The notes under the pieces are model-generated. The model worked only from the letters and a program-made list of their open reading frames with translations, did not search any database and had not been told where the DNA came from. A DNA stretch of 47,351 nt from Octopus bimaculoides (Eukaryota), in NCBI RefSeq assembly GCF_001194135.2, contig NC_068983.1:83095941-83143291 (forward strand), given 5' to 3'. Positions 24,933-37,618 of the stretch are shown here, piece by piece; positions within the stretch are counted from its first letter, which is position 1; each line of letters opens with the position of its first letter. A program made the position numbers and the translations under genes.

Positions 24933-26692
24933 ATGTATATATATTTATATATATTAACATATAAATATATATGAATTTATATACATGCATACATACATAC
25001 ATACATACATACATACATACATACATACATACATACATGCACTGACTCAGAAATATCACGGTAGATAAAGATACTGTGCAAAAGGTAAAGAGTTGAGAAT
25101 CAGTTCACTGAACAGAGGATAGAAAAGAGATAGAAGAGAAAGAAAGAAAGCACAAAGATACACTGCATAACTACCTACTTAGAGAAATTATGCTATATAG
25201 AAGTGATGTCTGATATAAATGTACTTTATATTGTTTAGTATTATAAGGGAAAATGTTATTGTTGTATTCATGAATGGCATAGGGTATTGAAAAAATTCAT
25301 TGAACTGGCGTAGGTGAAGAATGCCATATAATGTATAAGGGGTAAATGGGAAGAAGAAAATAGTAAAACAGTATTGAGTGAATGGCATGGAATAGGTAAT
25401 ATTATGTAGCAGTCTGGTATCTTTGACAGTGTATACAATAGCAAAAGCATATATATATATATGTATATATAATATAATATAAATATATATATATATATAT
25501 ATANNNNNNNNNNNNNNNNNNNNNNNNNNNNNNNNNNNNNNNNNNNNNNNNNNNNNNNNNNNNNNNNNNNNNNNNNNNNNNNNNNNNNNNNNNNNNNNNN
25601 NNNNNNNNNNNNNNNNNNNNNNNNNNNNNNNNNNNNNNNNNNNNNNNNNNNNNNNNNNNNNNNNNNNNNNNNNNNNNNNNNNNNNNNNNNNNNNNNNNNN
25701 NNNNNNNNNNNNNNNNNNNNNNNNNNNNNNNNNNNNNNNNNNNNNNNNNNNNNNNNNNNNNNNNNNNNNNNNNNNNNNNNNNNNNNNNNACATCGAAACA
25801 AAACACTCATGCATGCATAGCTACATACACGCATACCTATCTACATATATACATACATACAAACATACATACATACAAACATACATACATACATACATAC
25901 ATACATGCATGCATACATACGCATTTAAGATTGCAACATGAAAATTACATGGATTAACACTCATGTAAAACTGCATGTATTTGTGTGATCATCATCATCA
26001 TCATCATCAACATCATCATCACCATCACCATCACCACCACCACCACCACCACCACCATCATCATCATCATTATCATCATCACCATTATCATCATTATTAT
26101 CATTATCATTGTCGTCGTCATCGTCGTCAGCATCGTCATCATCGATAATACCAAAACTATTATTAATTGGTTCTATTATTGCTATTATTATTGATGTAAT
26201 CGTTTTTGTACCTATTATTCTTCGTCTAAGCATTGTTTTTGTTGTTGTTGTTGGTGTTGTTATTATCCTCATGATGTTTGTCAATGTCGTCATCCTCACA
26301 TTAATGAAAGAGGATAAAGAAGAATTCTTATTCTGATTGCTGTTATCAGTATTATTATTATTATTTCTATTATTACAAGAGAGTATTGCAAGCGATAAAA
26401 CTGTACACCTATATAAATTATCTCTCGAACGTTGCCGTCACTGTCTGCTTGTCTGGAACAGGGCAATGGTATTTCAATGTATAACATTTAGTGATATTTT
26501 TATTATTTTATCCATTTAGTTATCTGTTAACTATTTAACTATATCATTCTGTCTAAAACAGGCAGACTGATGTAACAGTTTTTAGGTGTATTATTGTATC
26601 GAGTTAATTAGATTTCTTTTGTTAGTTTTTTAATGTTATTTTGTATTACTAGTTTTTTAAAATAAGAAAACGCATGTATGAATGCATATACT

Positions 26693-26723
<31 letters not shown>

Positions 26724-27642
26724 GTGTGTGTGTGTGTGTGTATGTGTGTATGCGTGTGTATGTGTATATATGTATATATATATATGTCATTATTCATACA
26801 TGTATACATACATATAATTATACTTAAATATATACATACACATACGTACACAGATATATGAACACATACACACATATATAGGCATGAATGCAAATATATG
26901 TGTGTGTATGTGTGTGTGAGTATATGTATGTGTGTGTATATAAATATATATATATATGCATGTATGAATGAAGAGTGTAAGAAAAGATTTGAGTAAAGTG
27001 TTGTTAAGAATTACATATCCACACATACACACTCACACACATATCTAGACGGTTATAAATATATATACATGCCTACATACTTGTATGCATACATATTTAT
27101 TCATCTACACACACACACACAAATGTATACGTATGTGTATGTGCACGTGTGTGTGTATATGACATATGTTCTCACACGTACACATAAAGGAAATTAGTCT
27201 CAAGTTTTGTGCACAGGATGAGAAAAAAATCAGGGAAAAAAATAATAATTATTATTACATCTCGAGTGTAATTTTGCGAAAAACAGTGAAGCTGAGGTAT
27301 TTTGCAGGTACTTCAAAGGTAAGTACAAAAGTATTGTCATGAAATGATTGCCTGGTCAATTGCATTTATACTTAAAGATAAGTGGATTTTCTAATTTCCA
27401 TCATGAATGGTAGCCAATTTAGATATCCAGAGAGAGAACTAAATGCGTTTCTTCATTCCCCCAAGTATTTTCGGTTTTCATATTGTGTTGCAAATTGATG
27501 AAGCATTAGTTTTCACTTTCCTCATAAATATCAAATTCTCTGTTAAGAAAAGACCATCTTGAAAATTATATTTTGATGCAAGCCAACTCTTAGCTGATTA
27601 AAGAGGTGAAAAGAATAAGTTGACGGCTACAACAACAACGAC

Positions 27643-27680
<38 letters not shown>

Positions 27681-27835
27681 GGTGGAGGTGGTGGTGGTGG
27701 TGGTTGTGGTGGTGGTTGTTGTGGTGGTGGTGGTGATGATGATGATGATGGGCGCTGATGCTGATTATGATGATGATGATGATTATGATGATAATGACGA
27801 CGATGATGACGTTGGTGGTGGTGGTGGTGGTGGTG

Positions 27836-27881
<46 letters not shown>

Positions 27882-28029
27882 TTGTCGNNNNNNNNNNNNN
27901 NNNNNNNNNNNNNNNNNNNNNNNNNNNNNNNNNNNNNNNNNATGGGCGCTGATACTGATTATGATGATGATGATGATTATGATGATAATGACGACGATGA
28001 TGACGTTGGTGGTGGTGGTGGTGGTGGTG

Positions 28030-28075
<46 letters not shown>

Positions 28076-28711
28076 TTGTCGTCGTCGTGATGATGACGAT
28101 GATGACAACGACTACGACGAGGCCGACGACGACGACGACGGCGATGATACGGCGATGATGATGATGATGATGATTATTATTATTTGTGTGAACGCGTGTG
28201 TCAGTGATATTTTGTGAGGTGATGTGGTGTGATTCGATGATGATGACGATGTATGACATTATAATGACAAAACCACGTAGACAGACAAATAAAGTGATAT
28301 AATGTTAATCACACGAATACTTACATCGTCGTCACCTATGCCACATAGATATACATAAATACGTAAATAAAGATAGGCAAAACGCATAAGACCAATATCT
28401 AATACTTTCTTTTATACAGAGACAATACATGTGTAAACGATGGTATATGCCTATGAATGTATATATGTTTCGAGATCCACTATTCCAAAGAAAATATGTG
28501 TGTCTCAGTGTGAGTGTATGTATATGTGTGTGCGTAAAACATGTTTACTGAATTGTATCTTTCTTATGATAAAAACCAAGTGAGGGATTAACTTTACCGT
28601 CCGGATAATCTCCAACAGGGTGCGAACGGTTCTAACATATAAACACTCACGTGTATAGATGCACATATACATATGCATACATATATGTATGTATGTGCAT
28701 GTATATAGATA

Positions 28712-28748
28712 TATGGCCGCAATCAAATGACTGAAACAAGTAAAAGAG
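28712..28748 (+). mobile_element. Short SINE 3'-tail fragment
   Basis: Matches 24878-24932 in the opposite orientation. Confidence 0.55.
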
Positions 28749-28852
28749 TGTATATATATATAGGTTCAAAAAAAGGACAAAGACAAAAAACAACAACAAA
28801 AAACAACAACGTGAGGACGTGATACAGGTTGTGTTACTAGACGCTCGGGAAA

Positions 28853-28906
<54 letters not shown>

Positions 28907-29093
28907 GCATTACATGTAGTATCCAAACCTTGTGTTTGGTAAGTCTCAGGTAGTGTACCTGCGGAGCACGTTGGCTGCCAGGCGTCATCGGCGTTATTGC
29001 TCATTCGTCGCTGGATCTACTCTCGTAATATACGCGTTGGTTATATTTTACATTATTGATACGGAAGATGGAGTGTAACTAGAAGCTTTATTA

Positions 29094-29197
29094 GCACGAC
29101 AATCATTTCGGCTTCGTTCTGCACTGCTCCCATGTGGGTATTGGACGATATAATGACATCAGATGCAACGAACAGTCCAGTGAGCCTCATCAGGTGA
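29094..29197 (-). ncRNA. Type I hammerhead motif with 77-nt stem II insert
   Basis: Minus strand: TCAC-CTGATGA-GGCT..AGCC-GAAAT-GATT-GTC-GTG. Core is intact, the base of stem III is A-U plus U-G, and stem I has 3 bp. Confidence 0.7.
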
Positions 29198-29781
29198 CGT
29201 AGCATGATTCAAAAGTTATCAGATTTACATTTCATTTTCGCTACATGTATACATGCATGGATGTACACGTATGTATATAAGTGTGTGTGTGCATGTGTGT
29301 GTGTATGTGTGTGTGTGTGTTTGTGTTTGTGTGTGTGTGTGTGTGTGCGTNNNNNNNNNNNNNNNNNNNNNNGGGGGGGGGGGGGGTCGGTGTAGGCAAC
29401 CACCAAGTCTAGAGACCAACGTCACACTCCTACAAAAATTTTTGACCACGCCGTCACGCTTGACTGCAAAAGCCAGCCATCAAAGACCTCCATATGCTAC
29501 AGCTGTTCAATCCGATGCTATAAACACCCGCTTTTTAATTTAGAGTCTTTTATTTTTATTTTATTTTTTTAGCAACGACTTATTGACCACAAATATAAAC
29601 ACCTTCCTTCCCCATTTACATTAGATTGTGTTTTTATTTTCTTTATATTTTTATCAACCACTTCCTAACCAAAACTTCCTCACTTCGCCAAATTGTGTCT
29701 CAACTGCTAGCAACGCACTACCAGCAAATAACTTGGAGCGAAAATAAAATGTAAATCTGATAACTTTTGAAGCATGTTACA

Positions 29782-29885
29782 TCACTTAATGAGGTTCACT
29801 GCACTGTACGTTGCATCTGATGTAATTACATCGCTCCACACCCACTAAAGAGCAGTGCAGAGTGAAGCCGAAACGGTTGTTGCGC
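29782..29885 (+). ncRNA. Decayed hammerhead homologue in the right arm
   Basis: TCAC-TTAATGA-GGTTCACTGCACTG..CAGTGCAGAGTGAAGCC-GAAAC-GGTT-GTT-GCG. C3 and G5 are mutated; stem II is well paired. Confidence 0.6.
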
Positions 29886-29992
29886 TAATAAAGCTTCTAG
29901 TTACACCCCGGTTTCCACATCAATAACTTAATGTATATATCTGCATCAATCACTTAATATATATATGTGTGTTTGTGTGTGTGTGCGTGTGA

Positions 29993-30026
<34 letters not shown>

Positions 30027-30631
30027 AACAAAAACGCAATAGAGGGCATTAAAACGTTCGGAGAGATAGACGATGCATAGGCGGACAAGAGAAACAACAA
30101 TTAGAAGGACAGGCAAAAAAAGACGGGTCATTCTTGGCTTTCTTTTATCAGTCAAGTCCCAGAAGTCATGACCATTTCGGGCAGTTACACTTGAGATGGT
30201 TCGATCTGGTCGCCCCTCAAGAAGTCTAAGCTAAGAGCATTAGACCCTTTTTTAAGAAAGTTAGTGAATATGTACGGTAACAAAAACAAAAAAATAAACA
30301 AATTCACAAAAAGCGGAGAACATGGTACACAATTACGAATACAAACAAGTAATAACAACAGGCGTCTTTCGACTGAGAATGAATCATATTGAGCTGGCGT
30401 GTATGAAGTGAAAGCCTAAAGGCAGGATCATGGGAGAGGGACACAACATGTGTTGACGGTTGGCAGTCAGGCCAAGAAAGAAAGATATATATATGTATAC
30501 ATATACATATACATATACACATATATATATATAGATGCATATATATACTTATGTATATATCTATATTTATATAAGTATATCTATCTCTTTGTGTGTGTGC
30601 GTGTCTGTGCGTGTGTGTATGCATGTATGTG

Positions 30632-30698
<67 letters not shown>

Positions 30699-30706
30699 GT
30701 CCACAA

Positions 30707-30746
<40 letters not shown>

Positions 30747-31223
30747 GTGGACGTTTTTAAATATGTTTTAAATTTAAAATTTAATGGAACAGTAGAAAAT
30801 TACGCATTTTGCAGTTTTGTAGAAAAAACTCAAAGTTGACGAGAAAACGTATACAAAGCCTACAAGAACAAGAATGAATTTTTTCTTTGCTATTTTATAT
30901 AAGAAAGTTCAAATTTAAAAGCCAGTTTAGACATTTTCATTTTTTTAATATTTAACTAAAATACTTGAATATTACTGAGAGCAATATAAAGAGAAATTAA
31001 TGGAATATCTGATGACATTTTATATCTTTCTTGCATACACATATCTGCAAATACAGGCATGATACATCTTTTTTATACACCTCTGTAGAAATGGAATGTG
31101 ATAGTTATTATATATGTAAGTTCAGTGGGCAGATGGAAAATCCTCATGTTCTAATTCTCTTGTTTTCAAAGTTTTGAATTTAAAAATATTAGAATTATAC
31201 ACTAAGTCAGTTATATACTTACA

Positions 31224-31279
<56 letters not shown>

Positions 31280-31648
31280 NNNNNNNNNNNNNNNNNNNNN
31301 NNNNNNNNNNNNNNNNNNNNNNNNNNNNNNNNNNNNNNNNNNNNNNNNNNNNNNNNNNNNNNNNNNNNNNNNNNNNNNNNNNNNNNNNNNNNNNNNNNNN
31401 NNNNNNNNNNNNNNNNNNNNNNNNNNNNNNNNNNNNNNNNNNNNNNNNNNNNNNNNNNNNNNNNNNNNNNNNNNNNNNNNNNNNNNNNNNNNNNNNNNNN
31501 NNNNNNNNNNNNNNNNNNNNNNNNNNNNNNNNNNNNNNNNNNNNNNNNNNNNNNNNNNNNNNNNNNNNNNNNNNNNNNNNNNNNNNNNNNNNNNNNNNNN
31601 NNNNNNNNNNNNNNNNNNNNNNNNNNNNNNNNNNNNNNNNNNNNNNNN

Positions 31649-31688
<40 letters not shown>

Positions 31689-32929
31689 CATGTATGTATA
31701 TGCATATATGTAAAATATATATATATATATGCAAAATTAGTTCATAAGTCCATCAATGAGTCTAGAAATTCTCGGTCTCATGCACAGAATTAAATATCTC
31801 TTACTAACGGTTTTTTATTGGCGTGTTTTTGTAGTAAGCATCGAGAATCATGGCTCTAATATTGTTACTGATATATTTCTGACAGAATTAAAATTTAACA
31901 TTAACTCTAAATTACTTTCAACAGCCATTAATTGTCGTATATTGCATGTTTTTTCTCTTTTTTCTTTTTTTTTTCTTTTTGTAGATTACTATTAATAAAA
32001 CTTTCAACTTGTTCATCTGCAAGCATTTTTTATAATCAAATATTAAGTGGTTGCGTTATTATCAAGTAACGTTTTCTATCTGGTTTTGTTTCGTGTTCTG
32101 TATTGTAATATGCTGTAGTTTTGCTCCACGTAGTAAAATGCATTGTCAGCTGACGTTAAAGCGTTGTTTATTACTTTCTGTGATGAAGGCATTAATAAAC
32201 AGAGATACACAAAACTATAACAAAAATGTGTTTAACACGAAACTCAAAGATGTCCTTCAATATGTTAGAAAAATCATAAAGAAAACAATAAAATGAGGAA
32301 ATACATAACACAGGTTTATGTGCACGTGTCTGTATGCATATATATGTATGTAAAAATGGTAAGAGTAGACTAATGTATTCGTTATTATGAACGAAAGAGA
32401 ATATATCCTAATAATAATCAATAATACACTATGCGATAGCTGCAAATTCTTCAAAATATAAAAATATATAATTACATAATTAAATATTAAACTCAACTAA
32501 TTAATTTACCACCACAAACGCAGCAACATGATGTAATATTCTTTCAACAAATAAAGAGATATTTAGCTCCAGCAAACATCTATGGAACTATAAAGACTCG
32601 CTAACAAAATATAATCTTTTAGTCAATGCAGCTACACACAGGATTATTATAGAACTAAACCTAATCACTAAGCATGTATGGAAGAAATATATCTTATATT
32701 CACATCTAGGGTGTTTTAAAAGAAATCCTAGAAGAAATCAACAACTTTGGCAATATTTCTCCGAAAGAAAATTCTTCCGCAATGAAATCTTAGTCATGAT
32801 ACTACACCGTATATAGAAATGCAAGATACAAAATAATAAAAGAATTCAATATGCCAAAGAAGATCCCAAGCAGTTTTTGGTTACGAGCCCAAAGTTTTTA
32901 TCTTATAATTCCCACAAAGCATTCAATGC

Positions 32930-33120
32930 ATTTAGAAAGAAGTGGTGATGTGTTCTCAACTTGGGCGTACGTCTGTGGCCTCAACATTGAGAACATAACC
33001 ATATCATCTGCACTCGATACCTTGATGATGTATTTACAATGGCTGATGGGCCAACAGGAGATTATGAAAATTATTCCCTCTTCAATATCAACACTGAACA
33101 TGACTCTATTTCAAGATAAA
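32930..33120 (+). mobile_element. Probable PLE reverse transcriptase core remnant
   Basis: One frame reads IICTRYLDDVFTMADGPTGDYENYSLFNINTEHDSI, a YxDD box with PLE-like RYxDDxF..INxxHxxI context. Stops upstream. Confidence 0.5.
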
Positions 33121-33194
33121 TAGATACAGCCATTCCGCTTTCAGATATGAATTTAGAAATACGAAACAGTATATATAGCACATCTCTATACACA

Positions 33195-33242
33195 TATGCC
33201 ATAGAACACCTATGCCATAGAACACCTATGCCATAGAACACC
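33195..33242. repeat. Perfect 16-bp tandem repeat x3 (TATGCCATAGAACACC)
   Basis: Units start at 33195, 33211 and 33227. Confidence 0.95.
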
Positions 33243-34484
33243 TTTATGCATGAGGCCAGTGATTGGCTTTATAGATATAAAAAGGCTGTACGGAAATTCT
33301 TTATGAGGCAAGTCATTAAATTTTCATCAACAAAACATGTTTTTAAAGAAAGTATTCCAATAGGACTAATAAAGTCTAATCAATAACGAAAAAAATATTT
33401 GTTATTGTAGAGCAATTCAAAGCAAATTTACTCTTACAGGTATAACAGACAGATTTCCAAAGGACAAAACATCATGCAAACAACATATATATTGTACTAT
33501 GTAAACAAAATGTACCCTAGTTATAGAATGGACGATGTTGTCATTAAAACAGTGTTATGACAGAGACTGCAATATATACCTCGCCTATCTACGTACTAAC
33601 AGTTACAATACAGTACAGAAACATTGGACATAAAATCATCATCATCATCATCACAAAACCATAAATCCTAAGGCCGCAGAATCTAAGAGTTGTATAGAAC
33701 TTTTTGGCAACTGATACATGGCATACAACATTTCCTTTGTGGTTTAACATGTATTTGCAACAAGAAACCAGGAAAGCACGTTACCATAGAGAATACTGAA
33801 TACAAATATAAAAAACAAATACGTTTTTGCTTCAGTGACATGAAGATTTAGAAGGTAATGTATGTCGTTCTTAACTTAATTTGAACTCAGTTGAACTTAC
33901 GGTAGAAGTAGATCACTTGAGTGAGATTTGGATATTCTTGTCAGATGATCAAGTAACAAATATGAAGCCACCCTGAAGTCATCAGACAGAGTAAAATATA
34001 TAGTGAATTAAAAAGAAAATCTGATAACTGCTTTTACTAGGATTGTTATTTATTCCATGCACGATAAATAAGAGCTGTTTCGTGATTTCTCACATACAGG
34101 AAATCTATACGTACGATCATGCTTACATCAGATTTTTTCATTTCTTTTTTCACTCATCTATCAGAGAAAATATAGCATCCATGCTGACTAGGCTCTTGCG
34201 AAAACAAAAAAGGAAAAAAACTTACACATTTGCATCAATTTTTTTTTTATGTGCGATGAAGTATTTATATGTTGGGCTTGCTTATGTACAATTTCTTTTT
34301 TTAATATTACACTTACGTCTTGTGATCATTACTTAAAAACGTTTATGACAGAACAGAATGATGTTTCACCGACATATTTTTCATGTAATTCTTTTCCATT
34401 GTTTTTCTGTACTACTGAGTGTAGTACTTTTAGATTTGAGGAAAGGTGCCATGCCTTAGCGATCTTGCATGTGGAGATAATTAT

Positions 34485-34541
<57 letters not shown>

Positions 34542-35354
34542 CACGTATATATCTTTGTATATATTCTGGTGTGGCTGCATTTAGGTGAACAAATGGAAGA
34601 TAAAGTAGTCAAGAGTAGTTAATACACGCAGCAGAGTATATTTCGTCATTCAAAGCTGATGAATCCATAGATCACTACTTGAAGTCTATGTATATGTATA
34701 TATATATATACATACACATATGTATATGCGTGTATAAACATGTACACACACATACACATAAATATATGAAGTTTGTCTAATTAGGAAAGCTAAAGTGAGC
34801 CTAACCTTTTTAAGTTGTTCAAATTGCACATGTTAGGAGATTAAAACTTTCTCTGTTCAAAAATGCTGCTCAAGACAGTTTCCGTCTCAATTGGTGCATT
34901 TACGCCATCGTTTAACCTACTTCTCGAATCCCATTTTTATAAAAATGCAGGTGTACTCTGCTGTACCTATTTCTCCACTGCAACTCTCGTCTCCTTCTGT
35001 TTGAAGACTGTATCCCACTGGAGCGAACATGAGCAATTCAAAGAGTGACAGAACTGGATTGTACAATAGACAAAGATTCACTGGTCAACCCAGCTTTCAA
35101 TTTGCCTGATTTGCTATCAAATATGTGTGCAGTCAAGTAATGTCATGGTTTCTATGTGTATATACATATTCACATATCTGTATGTATATAAATATATATA
35201 TATATACACAATCATATATATATATATATACACACACACATACATATGTATGTATGTATGTATGTATGGATGGATGGATGGATGGATGGATGGATAGATG
35301 GATGGATGGATGGATGTGAGAAATAAGGATAAATACAAATTTATGATTAACAGG

Positions 35355-35447
35355 TCCAACGTGCGTTTTACTATTATGGTTGTTTGGAGCCCAGTAGTAG
35401 GTGTTCCAAGTGCATTTAGATACTCTGCCACAACGGATCATCAGGGA
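35355..35447 (-). ncRNA. Decayed type I hammerhead motif
   Basis: Minus strand: TCC-CTGATGA-TCCGTTGTGG..CCATAATAGT-AAAAC-GCAC-GTT-GGA. G12 is replaced by A; stems I, II and III are still pairable. Confidence 0.55.
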
Positions 35448-35912
35448 ACAATTTATTAAATTATGCTGTAAAAGAGACACAAAAGAATCCAGACGATTAC
35501 CTCAGACAAAATTCATCAAAAATTTGGGCTGACAGAACGTAGAGAATAAGAGAAAATCCAGTAAATCGACAGTATTTCACACAAACTGGAAATCCAGGTG
35601 TATTCATTGCTTGCAGGGTATAACGTAAAACAAATTAAAGAATATAGATTTTAGCATCACATTTATTATCCCTTTAGGATCTCTTCAACAGCAGGAAGGG
35701 TAAATAAATTATTCAATACGGCGGAACAAATATAAACAAGGATTATGCTGCTCCATGCAACATTATTTCATCAAGGCTATAAAACCACTTAATAAATGTG
35801 ATACCATTCTTTTTATAGGTTTCACAAACACACACACATGCATATATGTGTGTATATGTAAGTATATGTGTATGAGCGTGTAGATATAAGCATATAAATA
35901 TATATCCATGTA

Positions 35913-35949
<37 letters not shown>

Positions 35950-35959
35950 NNNNNNNNNN

Positions 35960-36006
<47 letters not shown>

Positions 36007-36984
36007 CATATTTACATCATTTGCATATCTCAAATTTATATAGAATAATATTATGCATATTTGTACACTCGTAAACACCTAAACACGGACAAACAAGAAA
36101 ATCATAGTGTGTACTTTAGCAGATACTAATTAAAGCTTGACAGAATAAAAATTACACTAAACTAGATACATACTGCGTTCAAAAAATATACAACCATTCA
36201 CAGTTGTCATTAAAAAAAGATTTTGATAGTTAGAATTAGTTGAAATAACTTCAACCACTATATAGCATGAAAGTAAAAAACAACATAGATAGAAGCATTT
36301 ATTATTACATAAGCGTTTTCCTGTTGCATAAATTTTACAGTCTGAAAAAGAGATTGAAGTAGATTGGACAACATTGTCTCTCAGATTATACAACAGAGCC
36401 GAAAATGTATAAGCAACTAGCTTCAGCCAAGTCACCACTTTCAAAACTAATATGTATTGTAGATATGTCTGAACTGCTCACGTAACAGAGCAAGCTTTTA
36501 AAGCAGTGAAAAGCGGAGCCATAACAACGACAGTGTACGTCATCCAGTAAAGCGCTTCTTTTGGCTCGCGACTCACATTCAGAAGCAGACTAAGCCAACA
36601 CGCTTGCTTCTTGAAATTGAAACAGAATCAATATCAATATATTCTCATAATACTTCAGGAAACTAAAAAAAAACAGTGGATTTATGAACGTCTGTGGTCT
36701 CTGGAGCATACTTGTAAGTATCTCCAGGATACCAATGCGCCATTAAAATGTACGTAATGTTTAATGGAAAAATAGTGCATCCTAAATTAAGATTATTCAG
36801 TATTAACGATGATATATCAAGCCATTACAAACACAAAGTGAAATTACCACTAAATACAACAAATATTGTAGTTCTTGGATTTCAGTAAACATATATGTAT
36901 ATGTGTGTATGTATATGTGTGTATGTATATGTGTGTATGTATATATATATATATATATATCCATATATAAAAGTGAGTTCAATT

Positions 36985-37265
36985 AGAGGTTGTAAAAACC
37001 GTCTATGGTATATTTATATCCCATAAATTACTGGTGTCTTACCTATATGTGATTATGAGCATTGGTATTAATGCTCATAAATGATAGGTAAGGAAAGGAA
37101 TAAACCGAAGTTTATGTATATTTAAAGAAAAATAAGAAAATTTTTCCGCTCTGATGAAGTTCTTGTATTTAAGTTGGTATAATTATTACCAATGATAGTT
37201 ATTATTGTTGTAATAATCAAGCCTCCTTATACCCAAAATAGCCCGGACAGAAACAGCTGTTAGAT
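36985..37265 (+). mobile_element. Dispersed repeat (probable PLE pseudo-LTR) ending in a hammerhead-like motif
   Basis: Homologous to 14186-14400. Contains CTGATGA (37151-37157) .. GAAAC-AGCT-GTT (37250-37261). Confidence 0.55.
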
Positions 37266-37547
37266 GAGATATTGTCTCTTTTTTTTTTTTGTAATCAATA
37301 CATGATAATTGATTTTTATCAATTATCAATTTTATCCCCATTTTCTTATTTTTCTTTATATGCATACATGTGTGTGTGTGTATATATATTTCTCTGTTTA
37401 TTCATACGTACATACACACACATACCTACATACACGTACTTATATATGTATCTATATATATGTATGTATGTATGCATATATACATACACACACAGAGGCA
37501 CACACAGACACGCACACACGTGCTTATATATGTATCTATGCATGTGT

Positions 37548-37618
<71 letters not shown>

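Larger units (their letters stand above)
29043..29940. mobile_element. PLE-type remnant with ~200-bp inverted repeats (29043-29242 and 29737-29940)
   Basis: Arms are roughly 80% identical by eye, with exact blocks GTGTAACTAGAAGCTTTATTAGC and TTCAAAAGTTATCAGATTTACATTT. The spacer encodes AIKDLHMLQLFNPML at about 29477-29521, resembling the GIY-YIG terminal IKExLxI..xPxLN motif. Confidence 0.8.

Noticed and set aside
27308-27318. Candidate 11-nt microexon TTTGCAG|GTACTTCAAAG|GTAAGT
   Set aside because: One or two perfect donors are expected by chance in a window of this size and composition; no supporting gene context.
30020-30480. Complex sequence that looks like a dispersed repeat, with GGGCG/TGCCC-GAAA-TG-GTC on the minus strand
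   Set aside because: No CUGANGA in register and no second copy in the window to confirm the family. The same applies to 28750-29040 and 38160-38350.
34655-34690. CTGATGA followed by a CATAGAT/GTCTATG hairpin
   Set aside because: The sequence runs into a microsatellite with no GAAA.
34940-35020. Minus-strand GYSLQTEGDESCSGEI between CCAG and G|GTACAG, vaguely EGF-like
   Set aside because: Only one cysteine and a weak donor; insufficient evidence.
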